A stretch of 64,000 bases of DNA, from the IMG/VR virus record IMGVR_UViG_3300032167_002916; one strand, 5' to 3'. Each line of letters starts with the position of its first letter. Positions within the stretch are counted from its first letter, which is position 1. This DNA is from a virus (lineage: Duplodnaviria; Heunggongvirae; Uroviricota; Caudoviricetes). The notes beneath the pieces are model-generated. The model was not told the DNA's origin. It did no database searches and was given only the letters and a program-made list of their open reading frames with translations. Positions 20,707 through 31,286 of the stretch are shown piece by piece. The translations under genes were made by a program, and so were the position numbers.

Positions 20707-21292
20707 TTTCAGCCTTCTTGTGTGCCATATATGCTTTGACGAGACCTTCATCGGTGAAATTGTTATTCGCCATTGCATTGGTTAGATTCTTAATATCATC
20801 TGCAGTAACATTTTCGAACAAAGAACCCACCTTGTTCTGTAAATTCTCAAAAGCAGAAACAACCTCATCGAATTTCATAGTCATTACCTGGATATTTGCA
20901 CTAGCTTGATTATCAATTTTCGCATTGATTGCATTCATTAGTTCATGATACTGAGCCATATTGATATGATCCAAAATCATTTCAAATGCACCGGAACACA
21001 TAGCCAAGATATACTTGTGCTCGTTATTCTCTGGGAGGGAAAAATTTGCGTATGTATCCATAACATTGCAACGGATTGCAAAATTTTTAGCCTCCGGTAG
21101 ATAAGCACCAGTTACGATATCGAAGCAACTTTTGGTAACACTGTCCGCAAAGCGTAGCATTTCTTCAAGTGACAGCGTCGGTTTGATAGCAACCTCGATG
21201 CCGTTCCATTCTACCACCTTAATAGGCCGATAATTCTGCTTAACAATGTCATCCAATGCAGAAATAGAGACTCTCTTAATCTTCTTAGCCAT
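20693..21292 (-). CDS. Hypothetical protein, candidate tail assembly chaperone (199 aa)
   Basis: Position between the tail tube and tape measure genes. Confidence 0.4.
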   Translation of the reverse strand: MAKKIKRVSISALDDIVKQNYRPIKVVEWNGIEVAIKPTLSLEEMLRFADSVTKSCFDIVTGAYLPEAKNFAIRCNVMDTYANFSLPENNEHKYILAMCSGAFEMILDHINMAQYHELMNAINAKIDNQASANIQVMTMKFDEVVSAFENLQNKVGSLFENVTADDIKNLTNAMANNNFTDEGLVKAYMAHKKAENGNG

Positions 21293-21295
21293 AAA

Positions 21296-21781
21296 TCATT
21301 TCTCCTTTAATTCCTCTGTTGTATCATCAGTGAGTATTCTGCTCACATAAATTTCGATTTCAGTGCGTGGGTTATCTTTATCAACGAAGCATTGCAGTAT
21401 CAAAGTCCTAATATGCCTACTATCATCATCGACGATAAAACCACTCTCACAAAGACCATCAATAATAAATTTGGGACAGGAGTTGTCCACATCATGCCTG
21501 CGATTTGTTTCGTAATATACAGTAAACCGAACAGCGCACTCATCAATCCTCATTCCAGATAATCCTTGCTTATCAATAAACCAGACGATAAAATCTAACC
21601 ATCGTTGTTTTAGCGCATTCATCATCATCCGTTTCATAATCATCCACTTATTCATGGATTCGTGATATGGATGTGTAATAGGTTTTTTCTTTGCTTTCGG
21701 ATGAAGTGCAAAGTAATGCGCTTCGTACTCTTGTAAAATGGTGTTGTCAATCACCAGTTTGATGACCTCGATATTAAACAC
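21296..21781 (-). CDS. Hypothetical tail-module protein (161 aa)
   Basis: Tight packing within the operon. Confidence 0.4.
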   Translation of the reverse strand: MFNIEVIKLVIDNTILQEYEAHYFALHPKAKKKPITHPYHESMNKWMIMKRMMMNALKQRWLDFIVWFIDKQGLSGMRIDECAVRFTVYYETNRRHDVDNSCPKFIIDGLCESGFIVDDDSRHIRTLILQCFVDKDNPRTEIEIYVSRILTDDTTEELKEK

Positions 21782-21827
21782 CCCGTTTATTAAAATAGGG
21801 GAGGTATATACTACCTCCCCACAAAAA

Positions 21828-22085
21828 TTACTTGTCTTTTGCTACAGACTTTTTTCTTGTACGCTTGGGCTTAGGAGCCTCAATTGCATCTTCAGCAATA
21901 GAAGCTACAACGGTCTCATTAGCCGCAGGCTTACGAGATTCTAAGATCCGAGCAAGGTAAACTTGTCCACATTCAGGGGAGCAAGCGACGTCTTTCCAAC
22001 GGTATACTCCCTCTACTCGCTTTGCATTGCGGCAAGCTTCATACTCCTTGCCGCATACACGACACTTTTTGATTGCGCCTGCCAT
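21828..22085 (-). CDS. Small zinc-ribbon protein (85 aa)
   Basis: CRVCGKEYEACRN...CSPEC motif. Confidence 0.4.
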   Translation of the reverse strand: MAGAIKKCRVCGKEYEACRNAKRVEGVYRWKDVACSPECGQVYLARILESRKPAANETVVASIAEDAIEAPKPKRTRKKSVAKDK

Positions 22086-22099
22086 ACTGAAACCTCAGA

Positions 22100-22891
22100 T
22101 TAAGCGGTAACGTCAGCGGCATTAGCACCGAAGATGGTGTAAGTCCACAGAGCAGCGGAACCACCGCAGCCACCGGCCAGAGCTTCAGCTTCGAAAGAGT
22201 GAACAGTCTGGTTGTCGCCCATTTCCAGAGAGAACTCACCAGAGAAGTCAGCCTTGGGGATATAAATCTGAATACGGTAGACATTGGCACACTTATCTTC
22301 GCCCAGAGCGTCGATGTACAGGGAGCACTTGCCAGAGTACTGGTCGGACAGGTTCTCCAGGGTGTTGGCCTGAATCTTACGCATGTAATAAACCACAACT
22401 TCAGTGCCATCTTCCAGACCGGAGAAGGTCAGCGCCTTGGTAGTGGGGGTATAAGTGAACTTGCCTTCAGCGGCAGCATCGGACTGTTCCAGCTGAGAAC
22501 CCAGAGTGCCGTCAGAATTCTTCACATAGATGCCGTTAATTTCAGCACCAGCAGTACCAACAGCGATATAGTTGGTGGCGGCAGCATTCTTGGAAACAGT
22601 CAGGTAGTCAGTCCACATGACTTCGGTAGCAGCATCCACGAACTTATTGCCAACCTGCAGCTCGAACAGGCCACCAGACAGCAAACCATTAGTGCCGGAA
22701 ACAGTGACAGCCTTATTCCGCTTCAGGGAGGTCAGCTTACGACCCTGCTTACCGGTAATATCCTGCTTTTCTTCGGAGTTAGCGATGCTTGCATTCTGCA
22801 GCTCGTCCAGAGTAAACAGGTAATTGCCGGTCAGAATATCAAAGCCAGTAATGGTTTCCAGGCTGGTGATTGCGATATCGTTAATATTCAT
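22100..22891 (-). CDS. Major tail (tube) protein candidate (263 aa)
   Basis: Size and position upstream of the chaperones and tape measure. Confidence 0.5.
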   Translation of the reverse strand: MNINDIAITSLETITGFDILTGNYLFTLDELQNASIANSEEKQDITGKQGRKLTSLKRNKAVTVSGTNGLLSGGLFELQVGNKFVDAATEVMWTDYLTVSKNAAATNYIAVGTAGAEINGIYVKNSDGTLGSQLEQSDAAAEGKFTYTPTTKALTFSGLEDGTEVVVYYMRKIQANTLENLSDQYSGKCSLYIDALGEDKCANVYRIQIYIPKADFSGEFSLEMGDNQTVHSFEAEALAGGCGGSAALWTYTIFGANAADVTA

Positions 22892-22907
22892 AAGACAATC
22901 CTTCCTC

Positions 22908-23624
22908 CTATTTATGTATTAGCCAATTTAAGTCATCAGGGCTTAAATCCTTGGCGTTTATAGTACCGGCATAAATGCCGTACATTTTGTTGTCGTAATC
23001 GACTTTCTTGATTATTTGGCGAACACTCTCATTGAACTGGTAGATTGAAAGTTCTCGTGTCCTTTCAAAATCGTACTTGTATTGCTCGGTGTTCACCATT
23101 GCAACGATCAATGATTCAAGCTGAGAGTCTTTTGTGCGATCTCTATGACAACGCATTTTCTGACGTGCTCGCTCAATCATATATTTTTTGGCGTCCTCAT
23201 TCGCAGGTTTACGCCTATTCTTTTCAAGGTGGTGTATCTTTCGCAATGCACCTGCAATCATTGCGTGAACATTCCTGTCAATCTTGATATCGTTCTCAAC
23301 ATCAATGAGCAAAGGCTGATTATTTGCTTGATTGATACCAAACTTGAATTTCGTCAAATCTAAATCACCGAATATTAGCCGTGTATCTCGCTCCTTCAAA
23401 CCCTCGAACATGAGCAAGAATAGCTCGTATTCATTGATAGAAGTGAAATCAATTCCAACATCATCCAACTGAACCATTAGATCGATCGGCATTGCTGTGA
23501 GCATACCGACAAGGTCATAGTACCCATCCTCATCTTCGAGAATTTGACCAACCTGAGGTATAATCACGCTAATATGCTCATTGACAGGATAGTTTGGTGC
23601 ATAAAGAATATTTCGCGTAGCCAT
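22908..23624 (-). CDS. Head-tail connector or tail completion protein (238 aa)
   Basis: Operon position. Confidence 0.4.
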   Translation of the reverse strand: MATRNILYAPNYPVNEHISVIIPQVGQILEDEDGYYDLVGMLTAMPIDLMVQLDDVGIDFTSINEYELFLLMFEGLKERDTRLIFGDLDLTKFKFGINQANNQPLLIDVENDIKIDRNVHAMIAGALRKIHHLEKNRRKPANEDAKKYMIERARQKMRCHRDRTKDSQLESLIVAMVNTEQYKYDFERTRELSIYQFNESVRQIIKKVDYDNKMYGIYAGTINAKDLSPDDLNWLIHK

Positions 23625-24130
23625 TAGCCACGTTTTCTATTCGATGGGATTGGCATCTTTGATGGAGCCGGTCTATTCCAGTCTTTTGCATGGAAAGTCA
23701 TTACTTTTCCCTGATAATCAGTAACTGGAGCAAACCTTTTTACAGAATATAGATCCAACTCACCAATGCCATAAAGTCTGCTTCCGTTAATTGCTTTGGC
23801 AATCTCTGAAACAAGCTTGTCTGTCCGTACACCACCTTCGGGCAAACGCAGCTTTGACTTATGAGAAAATACCCATACATAAAGGACAGGGTATAAGAAT
23901 GTTTTGTCTGGAACCTTTTGAACATCTACATCACAGCAAATAAACGTATGTGCATGCTCAATAGTATCCGGGATGTATTCATATGGGAAAACCTGTTCAT
24001 AAACCAGCGAAGGTGCACTTTCAGTTGTGGCGTCTTCGTCAATCAGCTTTACTATGGTGTCGACTGTAAGCAAATCTTCCATAAGCTGATTCTTGTAATC
24101 AAACAGCTCTTCTAACTGCATTAAATCCAC
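23624..24130 (-). CDS. Head-tail connector protein (168 aa)
   Basis: Operon position. Confidence 0.4.
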   Translation of the reverse strand: MDLMQLEELFDYKNQLMEDLLTVDTIVKLIDEDATTESAPSLVYEQVFPYEYIPDTIEHAHTFICCDVDVQKVPDKTFLYPVLYVWVFSHKSKLRLPEGGVRTDKLVSEIAKAINGSRLYGIGELDLYSVKRFAPVTDYQGKVMTFHAKDWNRPAPSKMPIPSNRKRG

Positions 24131-24927
24131 ACCTTTCTATCGTCTGAATTGACCTTGTCCTGCTTGCCATTACCAGAATCTGCCGCGTCCTCACGAGGGA
24201 AATAGTTGTAATAGTCAGCAACACGAAGTTCTTGATTATCTTCATCTGTTGTATTTACTTCTTGTAAAACAAACTTAAATACACCATCTCCGTTGTACAC
24301 GCCACCCAGCTTAAACGGTTTTGTCAACTGATACGCCAGCATATGGGCTGAATCCGGATCATCAATTAAGAAACGCCTGTCTCTATCAAACTTGGCAGTT
24401 TCTGCATTTCGTGCAATTGTAAGTCCCAGGCGAGAGTCACCACGGGTGACAATGTAATCACGATCTTCATATTCACCGGTTAGATACTTAGTTCCATCCT
24501 CAACGATGCACCATTGTTCATGAATGCTGTGATCCAGTCCGACCCAACGCAATAGATAATTGCATTGAATCATCTTGGCTCGTGTATACAATTCATTCGC
24601 AGCGTCCTTCTCAGTAATAAGCCAGAAATTATTCATCCAGGAAACAAGGCCGCCGTGCCTTATATCTTCGCCTGGCATGGAGTAGATAAACTTCTCATTG
24701 AGGTTGTCTGTGTTAATGATGAAGGTTTCTTGTAATACTCCATCAATTTCGACTTCGAACCGGGATAGATTTTCGTCTGCTTTGGTGCTCAAAAATCTGG
24801 ATTCACGAACGAGCTTGGCGTTTCGTTTTGTTCCGCCCTTTGCTTCTATCCGAGACTGATAAACATCCCAAATATTCATTTGACCACCGCCGATTCTTCC
24901 GCGTATTTCGCTTTCAGCTTGTTGCAA
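24121..24927 (-). CDS. Head-tail connector or head closure protein (268 aa)
   Basis: Operon position. Confidence 0.4.
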   Translation of the reverse strand: MQQAESEIRGRIGGGQMNIWDVYQSRIEAKGGTKRNAKLVRESRFLSTKADENLSRFEVEIDGVLQETFIINTDNLNEKFIYSMPGEDIRHGGLVSWMNNFWLITEKDAANELYTRAKMIQCNYLLRWVGLDHSIHEQWCIVEDGTKYLTGEYEDRDYIVTRGDSRLGLTIARNAETAKFDRDRRFLIDDPDSAHMLAYQLTKPFKLGGVYNGDGVFKFVLQEVNTTDEDNQELRVADYYNYFPREDAADSGNGKQDKVNSDDRKVWI

Positions 24928-25235
24928 ATAGAAATAGCCCGAAACACCTCACGTCTTACAGTCATCAGTGAGCATTCCGGGTTGTCAATCAAATATTGCA
25001 AAATATTAAGTAGGGAAATTAAAAGAGGATCTTCGTGAATAGTAAGGATAAACTCGTTACATCCGAGTAGTTCGGCTTGTAAACTTCTCATATATGTCTC
25101 AAGTGATTCCTCACTGTACTCATCTCCGTTTTCTTTAATAGGGAGTATCTTGAAGAAACGGTTAATTAAAGAACGCACATAATTATTAAACAACCGTGTA
25201 TCCATCGGTACACCGGCGCTAGTTTCGATAATCAT
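24876..25235 (-). CDS. Hypothetical (119 aa)
   Basis: Operon position. Confidence 0.35.
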   Translation of the reverse strand: MIIETSAGVPMDTRLFNNYVRSLINRFFKILPIKENGDEYSEESLETYMRSLQAELLGCNEFILTIHEDPLLISLLNILQYLIDNPECSLMTVRREVFRAISICNKLKAKYAEESAVVK

Positions 25236-25678
25236 AAATGCAGATCCGTCAGATCGCCGTGATTATACGAATACTCCCTAATCATCTGCGTATAATCTCT
25301 TTGAACTTTTGTGTAAGCACCACTAATTCTTAACAGCAATTCTGCCGGAGAATAAGTAGTAAAGTCACGAGTATTTAACACGGCCTCTAAGTTTTCCTGG
25401 CGATAAACATATGGTTTCATCCATTGGACAAGCATTCCCTCGGAAACGATATCAACGATTTCATCGATTTCGTCTTCAGGAATGTCTACAACAAATTCAC
25501 GAATAGCATCGTTACCAGAAGATAAATCATATTTGCAAACTTTATTAAAATTTGCACATGCAGCTTTCATGTATTGGTCAATCATCTGGTTGCGACTGTG
25601 TCCTTCCATCTGTACAAAATCGAACTCAGTAATTTTGCTTAAGAAAGCACCTGCGAATAAATCATAGGAGATACTCAT
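25232..25678 (-). CDS. Hypothetical head-tail adaptor (148 aa)
   Basis: Operon position. Confidence 0.4.
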   Translation of the reverse strand: MSISYDLFAGAFLSKITEFDFVQMEGHSRNQMIDQYMKAACANFNKVCKYDLSSGNDAIREFVVDIPEDEIDEIVDIVSEGMLVQWMKPYVYRQENLEAVLNTRDFTTYSPAELLLRISGAYTKVQRDYTQMIREYSYNHGDLTDLHL

Positions 25679-25690
25679 GTGTGTCCCTCC

Positions 25691-26320
25691 TTATTTCTCG
25701 GGCTTTTCAACAAGTTCAATTCCAAGAGATCTTTCTAATGCTGCGATGGCTTTGAAGGAATCTATTTCGCCAACAGCAATAAGTTGTTTTGCCCGGTAGC
25801 TAACAGACCGCTTTTGCCCGGCAGACAGGTTTGACACAGCCTTCTCGATTTCGTTGGGTGACATCTTAAACAAACTATCAAACTCATCAATTCTAAGAGC
25901 ATACTTGTAGTACTGTCCCATACCAAGGTAATCCACAACCCACGCATACTCTTCGTCGAACATAAACCAATTGTTTATAAAGTACTTCTTCCAAGTATTC
26001 TTAGCGTTTCTGAGTTCTCTTAGTTCAACCATCTGTTCGGAACCGAATTCAGGCCAAACAAATTTCTCGTTTGTTCTTGCGCTCTTATACACCAAGAGAC
26101 CCTGGTAACCATTCAGGACAGGGATTAGTTGATTCAGGTCAACTTCCTTGGGAATAAGCGGTTTTGCCTTCTCAACGCGAGGCTCATTGTCAACAGTTGC
26201 ATCCTTCGCAAGCTTATCAACGCTGACATTGTCAACGGTTGCGGGTTCAGCTTTCTTGGCTCGTGATTTTGTTGAAGTTTTTGCTGTAGTTTCATTTGCC
26301 ATAAATACATTTCCTTTCAT
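25691..26320 (-). CDS. Hypothetical structural protein (209 aa)
   Basis: Directly downstream of the major capsid gene. Confidence 0.4.
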   Translation of the reverse strand: MKGNVFMANETTAKTSTKSRAKKAEPATVDNVSVDKLAKDATVDNEPRVEKAKPLIPKEVDLNQLIPVLNGYQGLLVYKSARTNEKFVWPEFGSEQMVELRELRNAKNTWKKYFINNWFMFDEEYAWVVDYLGMGQYYKYALRIDEFDSLFKMSPNEIEKAVSNLSAGQKRSVSYRAKQLIAVGEIDSFKAIAALERSLGIELVEKPEK

Positions 26321-26369
26321 TCCATATGCGGGGTTCGTAATGAACCCCGCAAATATGTTTATTTAATGA

Positions 26370-27383
26370 TTAAGCCATCTCGTAACGGCCAATACCGGCA
26401 TTGCCGCCAGCCAGGACGATACCCAGACCGTACTTTTCGCCGTACAGGTATTCGTGGGTGAAGTCAGCATTCTGCATGGGATCGCCCATCAGAACAATGG
26501 GATTGCCCTCATAGACACACTTGATGGGCTTGTCATCACCAGCGATAATGGTCAGCACGTCGTCATTCATAACGAACTCGGTAGAACCAACCTTGTGACG
26601 CTGAGGAGTGACAACAACAGGAGTGCCGTAGAACTTGCCAGCATAACCCATGTTATACAGGTCGTTCTTGTAGCCATCGCTCTCGATAGAGGGCTTCAGG
26701 TTACGAATAGCCTTCTTGGTACCAACAATGGTAGCGGGCTTGCCACCGGCAGCTGCTTCGACATGAGAGATCAGCTCCATCAGCTCATCCTCATCGTAAG
26801 CACCGGCTGCGGGGAAGTAAGTAACGCCACCCATCTGCTCGGCGGTAACACCGGACCACAGAGCATAAATCTCGTTCAGCAGATGCTGACGGAAAGACTC
26901 TGCAACCTTATTGATGAAGTGGTTGAAGTCGACACGACCAGACAGAACACGATTCAGCTCCTCGTAAATCTTGACCACCTTCAGAGAAGTGGGGATGCTG
27001 GTCTCGGAGCTGCCGCCCAGTCTCTGACGACGGATACCCTGAGTACCATCAGCAGCTTCTGCCACCACAAACAGGTTGTCGTCTTCGATAACGAACAGAT
27101 TCTTGTCGCCCTCTGCAACATTGCGGAAGTCGACCATAGAGTTGAAGAACTCATCGCCCTGCAGACCCTCCACGACAGTACGGGACAGGATAGTTTCAAT
27201 CAGGGTAAACAGACCCTTGCACTCACCGTCGCGGATCTTTCTGTAGTCCAGAACGGTGCTGCCACCATTAGCTTCGACCAGTGCCTGACGCAGAGTGTCC
27301 ATGGACTGGCTAACGGTATACTTCTCGCAATTGCCACGGTAGGCATCAACAGCGAGTTTAACAATATCATTCATTTCAGCCAT
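26370..27383 (-). CDS. Major capsid protein (337 aa)
   Basis: Size, composition and position after the scaffold and protease-region genes; strong SD. Confidence 0.6.
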   Translation of the reverse strand: MAEMNDIVKLAVDAYRGNCEKYTVSQSMDTLRQALVEANGGSTVLDYRKIRDGECKGLFTLIETILSRTVVEGLQGDEFFNSMVDFRNVAEGDKNLFVIEDDNLFVVAEAADGTQGIRRQRLGGSSETSIPTSLKVVKIYEELNRVLSGRVDFNHFINKVAESFRQHLLNEIYALWSGVTAEQMGGVTYFPAAGAYDEDELMELISHVEAAAGGKPATIVGTKKAIRNLKPSIESDGYKNDLYNMGYAGKFYGTPVVVTPQRHKVGSTEFVMNDDVLTIIAGDDKPIKCVYEGNPIVLMGDPMQNADFTHEYLYGEKYGLGIVLAGGNAGIGRYEMA

Positions 27384-27410
27384 TGCTATTTCCTCCTTTG
27401 TAATCTACCA

Positions 27411-27902
27411 TTAAGCCTTAACGATCTTAATGGTGTAGTAGACGTAGCGGCCAACAGTCTCAATGTGGACGCACTCACCAAAACCGGTAGCAGCTGCATC
27501 CAGCTTGCCGTTTGCACCGATGCCAACCTTGCCGCCCACTGTGGGAACAGCCTTGTTCACGAAGCCATCTTCGGTAACAGCAAACAGATTGCGATTACGA
27601 GGGATATAGCCACGAACGGCCTTGCCAGCCTCGTTAATGAACTGATCCAGATTCTTCAGGCGCTCGTCATACATAACTTCGGGAGCAGCGATGATAGCGC
27701 AATTATCAATATCAGAATCAGCAGTAGCGGCGACAGCCTTCATAACTTCGCGCTGGCCGTCTTCATAACCCTGCAGCTCAGCAATGACGCCATTCTCAAC
27801 TTCAGCGACCTTGCCTTCTGCATTGTAGAAACGCAGAGAAACCAGATCAGCGGGCTGCTTAGTGCCGCTCATCAGATCAGTGCGGATAACACAATATGCC
27901 AT
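27411..27902 (-). CDS. Head protein (scaffold or decoration candidate, 163 aa)
   Basis: Position between the morphogenesis gene and the major capsid gene. Confidence 0.4.
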   Translation of the reverse strand: MAYCVIRTDLMSGTKQPADLVSLRFYNAEGKVAEVENGVIAELQGYEDGQREVMKAVAATADSDIDNCAIIAAPEVMYDERLKNLDQFINEAGKAVRGYIPRNRNLFAVTEDGFVNKAVPTVGGKVGIGANGKLDAAATGFGECVHIETVGRYVYYTIKIVKA

Positions 27903-27994
27903 GTGAATTTCCTCCTTAAAAAATGTAAATAAAAATGCCCACAGGCACTTTGCTGTGGACGATCATGTAGCACTATGGAATTTGTAATATTGGA

Positions 27995-29572
27995 TTACAT
28001 CTTGGGTGGGTACTTAACAAACAGGCCACCGTAGGGTTCGTTAGTAGGTGCGGTCTTATCAACAACAATTCTAGGGTTCTTTGTGTTCATGCTGTATTTA
28101 ACAACGGTGTTATGTCTGCCACGAATAGCAAAACACTTTTCCTCCAGAGTGGCTGGTTCATAATTAGCACAATCTTCTTTCAAAGCATCAAATTCCTCGA
28201 CACCAACTAGGTCTTCGAACTGAGCGAAGACTTCTTCCAGCGCTGCATCATTAGCAGCTTTTTCGGTGTCAGTCTTAAACTGGCGCAGAGTGCCAAGCTC
28301 ATCTTCCATAGACGCAATCGTGTCGGAGGCAGCCTGATACTTTTCAGACCACTGGGTATCGTTTGCAGTGTACTGGGTTGAGATCTGCTCAAAAATGCTG
28401 TCAAAGGGCATAGCTTGTTCACCCTCATCAAAGTCCACAATTGCAAACTTCATTCGCTTCTTGCTCTCAAAATCAACGACGACGTTATCTCCATTCATAG
28501 AGAAAGTAAAGCCATACAGTCTCCAATGGTCGTCTGCATCGAAGCAATATACCATCTTTGCGTCAGCGTCGAAATCAACGACAGAGTAGCGGGGCATCTT
28601 ACCCCAAGAGCGTTCAACCATTTCAGCTTCAACGGCACATCGAATCTCTTCGCACATCTGACTGTTCAGTTCAAACTCTTGTACCACAGCAGGTTCTTCT
28701 GCAGGTTCCACTGGGTCTACAGCAGATTCCATATTCTTTTCTGCTTCGAATTTTTCCTTCAGCTCTTCCAGGGAGAAGTCCTCGATAGAAAATTCCAGAT
28801 CGTTAACGTCCAGTCCATATTCTGCAACTAATGCAAGCTTCTCTTCCAATACCTTTTCTCCTCCTTCCATCGAAATAATGTGTGGGTGTGTATTGTCATC
28901 CCCATCAGGGGGTGTGACTGATGTAAATGATTCTTTTAACTCAGACATCATCTGAGCCATTTGCTGCTTAAGTTCATCATAAGCAAACAGGCTAAGTGCA
29001 GAGCTTTCAAAACAAGGCTCGTGGTCTTCGCCGAGTAAACAGAAAGCAGTAAATTCAAAGTCTTTGATGACGAACACGCCATTTTCCATCTCGCCGTCCT
29101 TGACTGTCAGCTCCATGGAATGGCTAGTTATACCATCCTCCTTGATCTTCTTATATGCCTCCTGCCGTTTCCAAACGAGAATATCTGCGCACAGATACTC
29201 ATTAGTCGTACCATCTTCTTCTTCGACAACACTCCAAAAATGTCTGCTACTTTCTGGAATCACGCCGACCGGAACTGTGACATTTACAATCTTCAGGTCG
29301 CCACTTTCGTTGGCAACAAGTTCCATATCATGTCCGCCGATTGAGTCAGTTTCACGATCGTAGTTGCATACAATTGGACAGTTATACATTGTGTCAATGC
29401 ATCTCTCAAACGTTTCCTTGGAGATATAACTTCCGTTTCGATTCTTTCCGTGGTAAGCAATACGCAGAACACCGGTGTCGAAAGATGAGTTTTTCTCACA
29501 GAGAGAGGATAGGGAAGAGGAGTACGACATGTGAACGACTTTGTTCACTGTAATCACCTCCGAGAAATACAA
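27995..29572 (-). CDS. Head morphogenesis or scaffolding protein (525 aa, acidic coiled-coil C-terminus)
   Basis: Position directly after the portal gene. Confidence 0.45.
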   Translation of the reverse strand: MYFSEVITVNKVVHMSYSSSLSSLCEKNSSFDTGVLRIAYHGKNRNGSYISKETFERCIDTMYNCPIVCNYDRETDSIGGHDMELVANESGDLKIVNVTVPVGVIPESSRHFWSVVEEEDGTTNEYLCADILVWKRQEAYKKIKEDGITSHSMELTVKDGEMENGVFVIKDFEFTAFCLLGEDHEPCFESSALSLFAYDELKQQMAQMMSELKESFTSVTPPDGDDNTHPHIISMEGGEKVLEEKLALVAEYGLDVNDLEFSIEDFSLEELKEKFEAEKNMESAVDPVEPAEEPAVVQEFELNSQMCEEIRCAVEAEMVERSWGKMPRYSVVDFDADAKMVYCFDADDHWRLYGFTFSMNGDNVVVDFESKKRMKFAIVDFDEGEQAMPFDSIFEQISTQYTANDTQWSEKYQAASDTIASMEDELGTLRQFKTDTEKAANDAALEEVFAQFEDLVGVEEFDALKEDCANYEPATLEEKCFAIRGRHNTVVKYSMNTKNPRIVVDKTAPTNEPYGGLFVKYPPKM

Positions 29573-29774
29573 AACCCCAACACTATTTGTGTTGGGTTAA
29601 AATATAAGAGTGTCAGAGTAAGCAAAGCGAATTGTCGAAAAATCAAATGTCAAATCAGCTTTGTTTGCGAAAACATAGATATTACTGCGTTCGTTGCTAG
29701 TTAATAGAGTGTAATTAGCTTTGAGTAAAGTATCTCGATTTTCTTTTCCAAAAACATAGAGGAATCTTTTCATA

Positions 29775-31286
29775 TCAGGCATCCTCTCGATTCTGTACGC
29801 CGCTTTCAGTTAACTCTTCATCGTCTTTCGTAGGTGCTCCACCCTCATCAGTTGCGGCCTGTGAGTCAATATCGGAAGAACTTTGTGTTGAAGAACTCTT
29901 TAATGGAACAAACAACTTCTTTATTTCTAGAACATCATTTTCAAGGAAATTCATAGAATCCAGTTCTGCTTGACCTAAACCCTGAGATGCGCAATACATA
30001 CTTACGGTTGGCAAGCCATACTGCGCAGCCTTTAAGTACATATCTCCCATCTCTTTTCGATTGAATGGGGAAACATCTAAGAAGTTTACCTTAAAATTCT
30101 TTCCGTAACTCTGCGCTTGAATAAAGCGGTTGACCATGTCCTCAATACTTTTTACAATTCCGTAAGTAATAGCTTGGTCAGCTTTGATGGACAAGCTTAA
30201 AGCATTTGCGGATGCTTTCTCATTATTAAATAACAATGATGAAACGCCTGCAGCAGAGAATAGATTCTGCTCTGCCTCGGCCACTGTGTTTGTACTTGCA
30301 GTATTTGCCTTTTCAAAACTAATCTTCTCTACGGGCATAGGTGTCAATACAGATCCGATCTCTTCTGGGAGAACGGCATCTAAGTTCCTCCAGAAATCTC
30401 TTGCCTTGTCCAGATCCATTTGCCAATTGCCATCTTTGTCCATACCTAGGGTCATAACGACCATTGCATAATTCTCAAGAGACGTCTTTGACAACTTCAA
30501 CTGTTTATAGTCTTCGATGTCATAGATCTCTCTCAAAATGCCAGCAAACGGCGGAATGGCATAGTCTAAAATGTCACGATTGCATTTAATAGCAAAAGAG
30601 GTTGGGGAATCCAATTCAATCCATCTGGTCTGACGATTGGATCTGTATACTTCATATTTTGACTGGAACTCTTTTGGGAAATATTCCAAAAGAGCCTGCC
30701 TGGAATCAAAATATGAAAAATCAAAAGTAACATTCGGGACGTTACCCTCAACAGTAGATATTGAGCAATAGTCGCTCGGCAACTGTTGGATAGTGATATT
30801 ATCGTTCGTTACCCACAAGGTTCCATAAAACACGTCGTCTCTCAAACATACAGTAAGTATCTGTGGGAACTGTGTTTTAATGCTCATTGCTGATAACGTA
30901 TTTAATACCTTTCTGTAGTTCCTATTAACAGATTGTTTATTCGCCTTTTTAGGATCTACTTTATAAGGTTCAACGACATAGCATAGGTCGTTAAGACCGA
31001 CAAAGTACTGAATCAGTCTGCGGAAATGTGAGCTCGCTCCATAGATGTACTTCACCGCATTACGAAGCTGTTGTTCATATCTATACGGATCAGAAAGGTA
31101 GGTATTGATATTGTCCTTTGAATAGAGGGAGAAGGTCGGTGTATTTGTATTGTTGTTCAAATCCCGAGTAATTAGTTTATTTAGGATTGCAAACTTACTT
31201 GAAATGCCAATTAGTCCATCAAAACCTTGACGCTTCTTCTCTTGAACAACGGTATCAGTACCAGCTTGGTTTCGTGCTCTTGCCAT
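29775..31286 (-). CDS. Portal protein (503 aa)
   Basis: Immediately downstream of, and overlapping, the terminase large subunit gene. Confidence 0.6.
   Translation of the reverse strand: MARARNQAGTDTVVQEKKRQGFDGLIGISSKFAILNKLITRDLNNNTNTPTFSLYSKDNINTYLSDPYRYEQQLRNAVKYIYGASSHFRRLIQYFVGLNDLCYVVEPYKVDPKKANKQSVNRNYRKVLNTLSAMSIKTQFPQILTVCLRDDVFYGTLWVTNDNITIQQLPSDYCSISTVEGNVPNVTFDFSYFDSRQALLEYFPKEFQSKYEVYRSNRQTRWIELDSPTSFAIKCNRDILDYAIPPFAGILREIYDIEDYKQLKLSKTSLENYAMVVMTLGMDKDGNWQMDLDKARDFWRNLDAVLPEEIGSVLTPMPVEKISFEKANTASTNTVAEAEQNLFSAAGVSSLLFNNEKASANALSLSIKADQAITYGIVKSIEDMVNRFIQAQSYGKNFKVNFLDVSPFNRKEMGDMYLKAAQYGLPTVSMYCASQGLGQAELDSMNFLENDVLEIKKLFVPLKSSSTQSSSDIDSQAATDEGGAPTKDDEELTESGVQNREDA

Noticed and set aside
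20693-20778. Possible programmed frameshift joining ORFs 20693..21292 and 20134..20778 (tail chaperone G/GT style)
   Set aside because: The downstream ORF has its own ATG (MATVNMGS) with an AGAAGG SD. The frame relation is +1, not the usual -1, and no slippery heptamer is evident. Treated as two genes. A +1 event at the GGT-TAA stop is not excluded.
26454-27932. 492-aa plus-strand ORF
   Set aside because: Antisense across the major capsid and head-protein genes; Leu/Val/Ser-rich with no motifs; no RBS.
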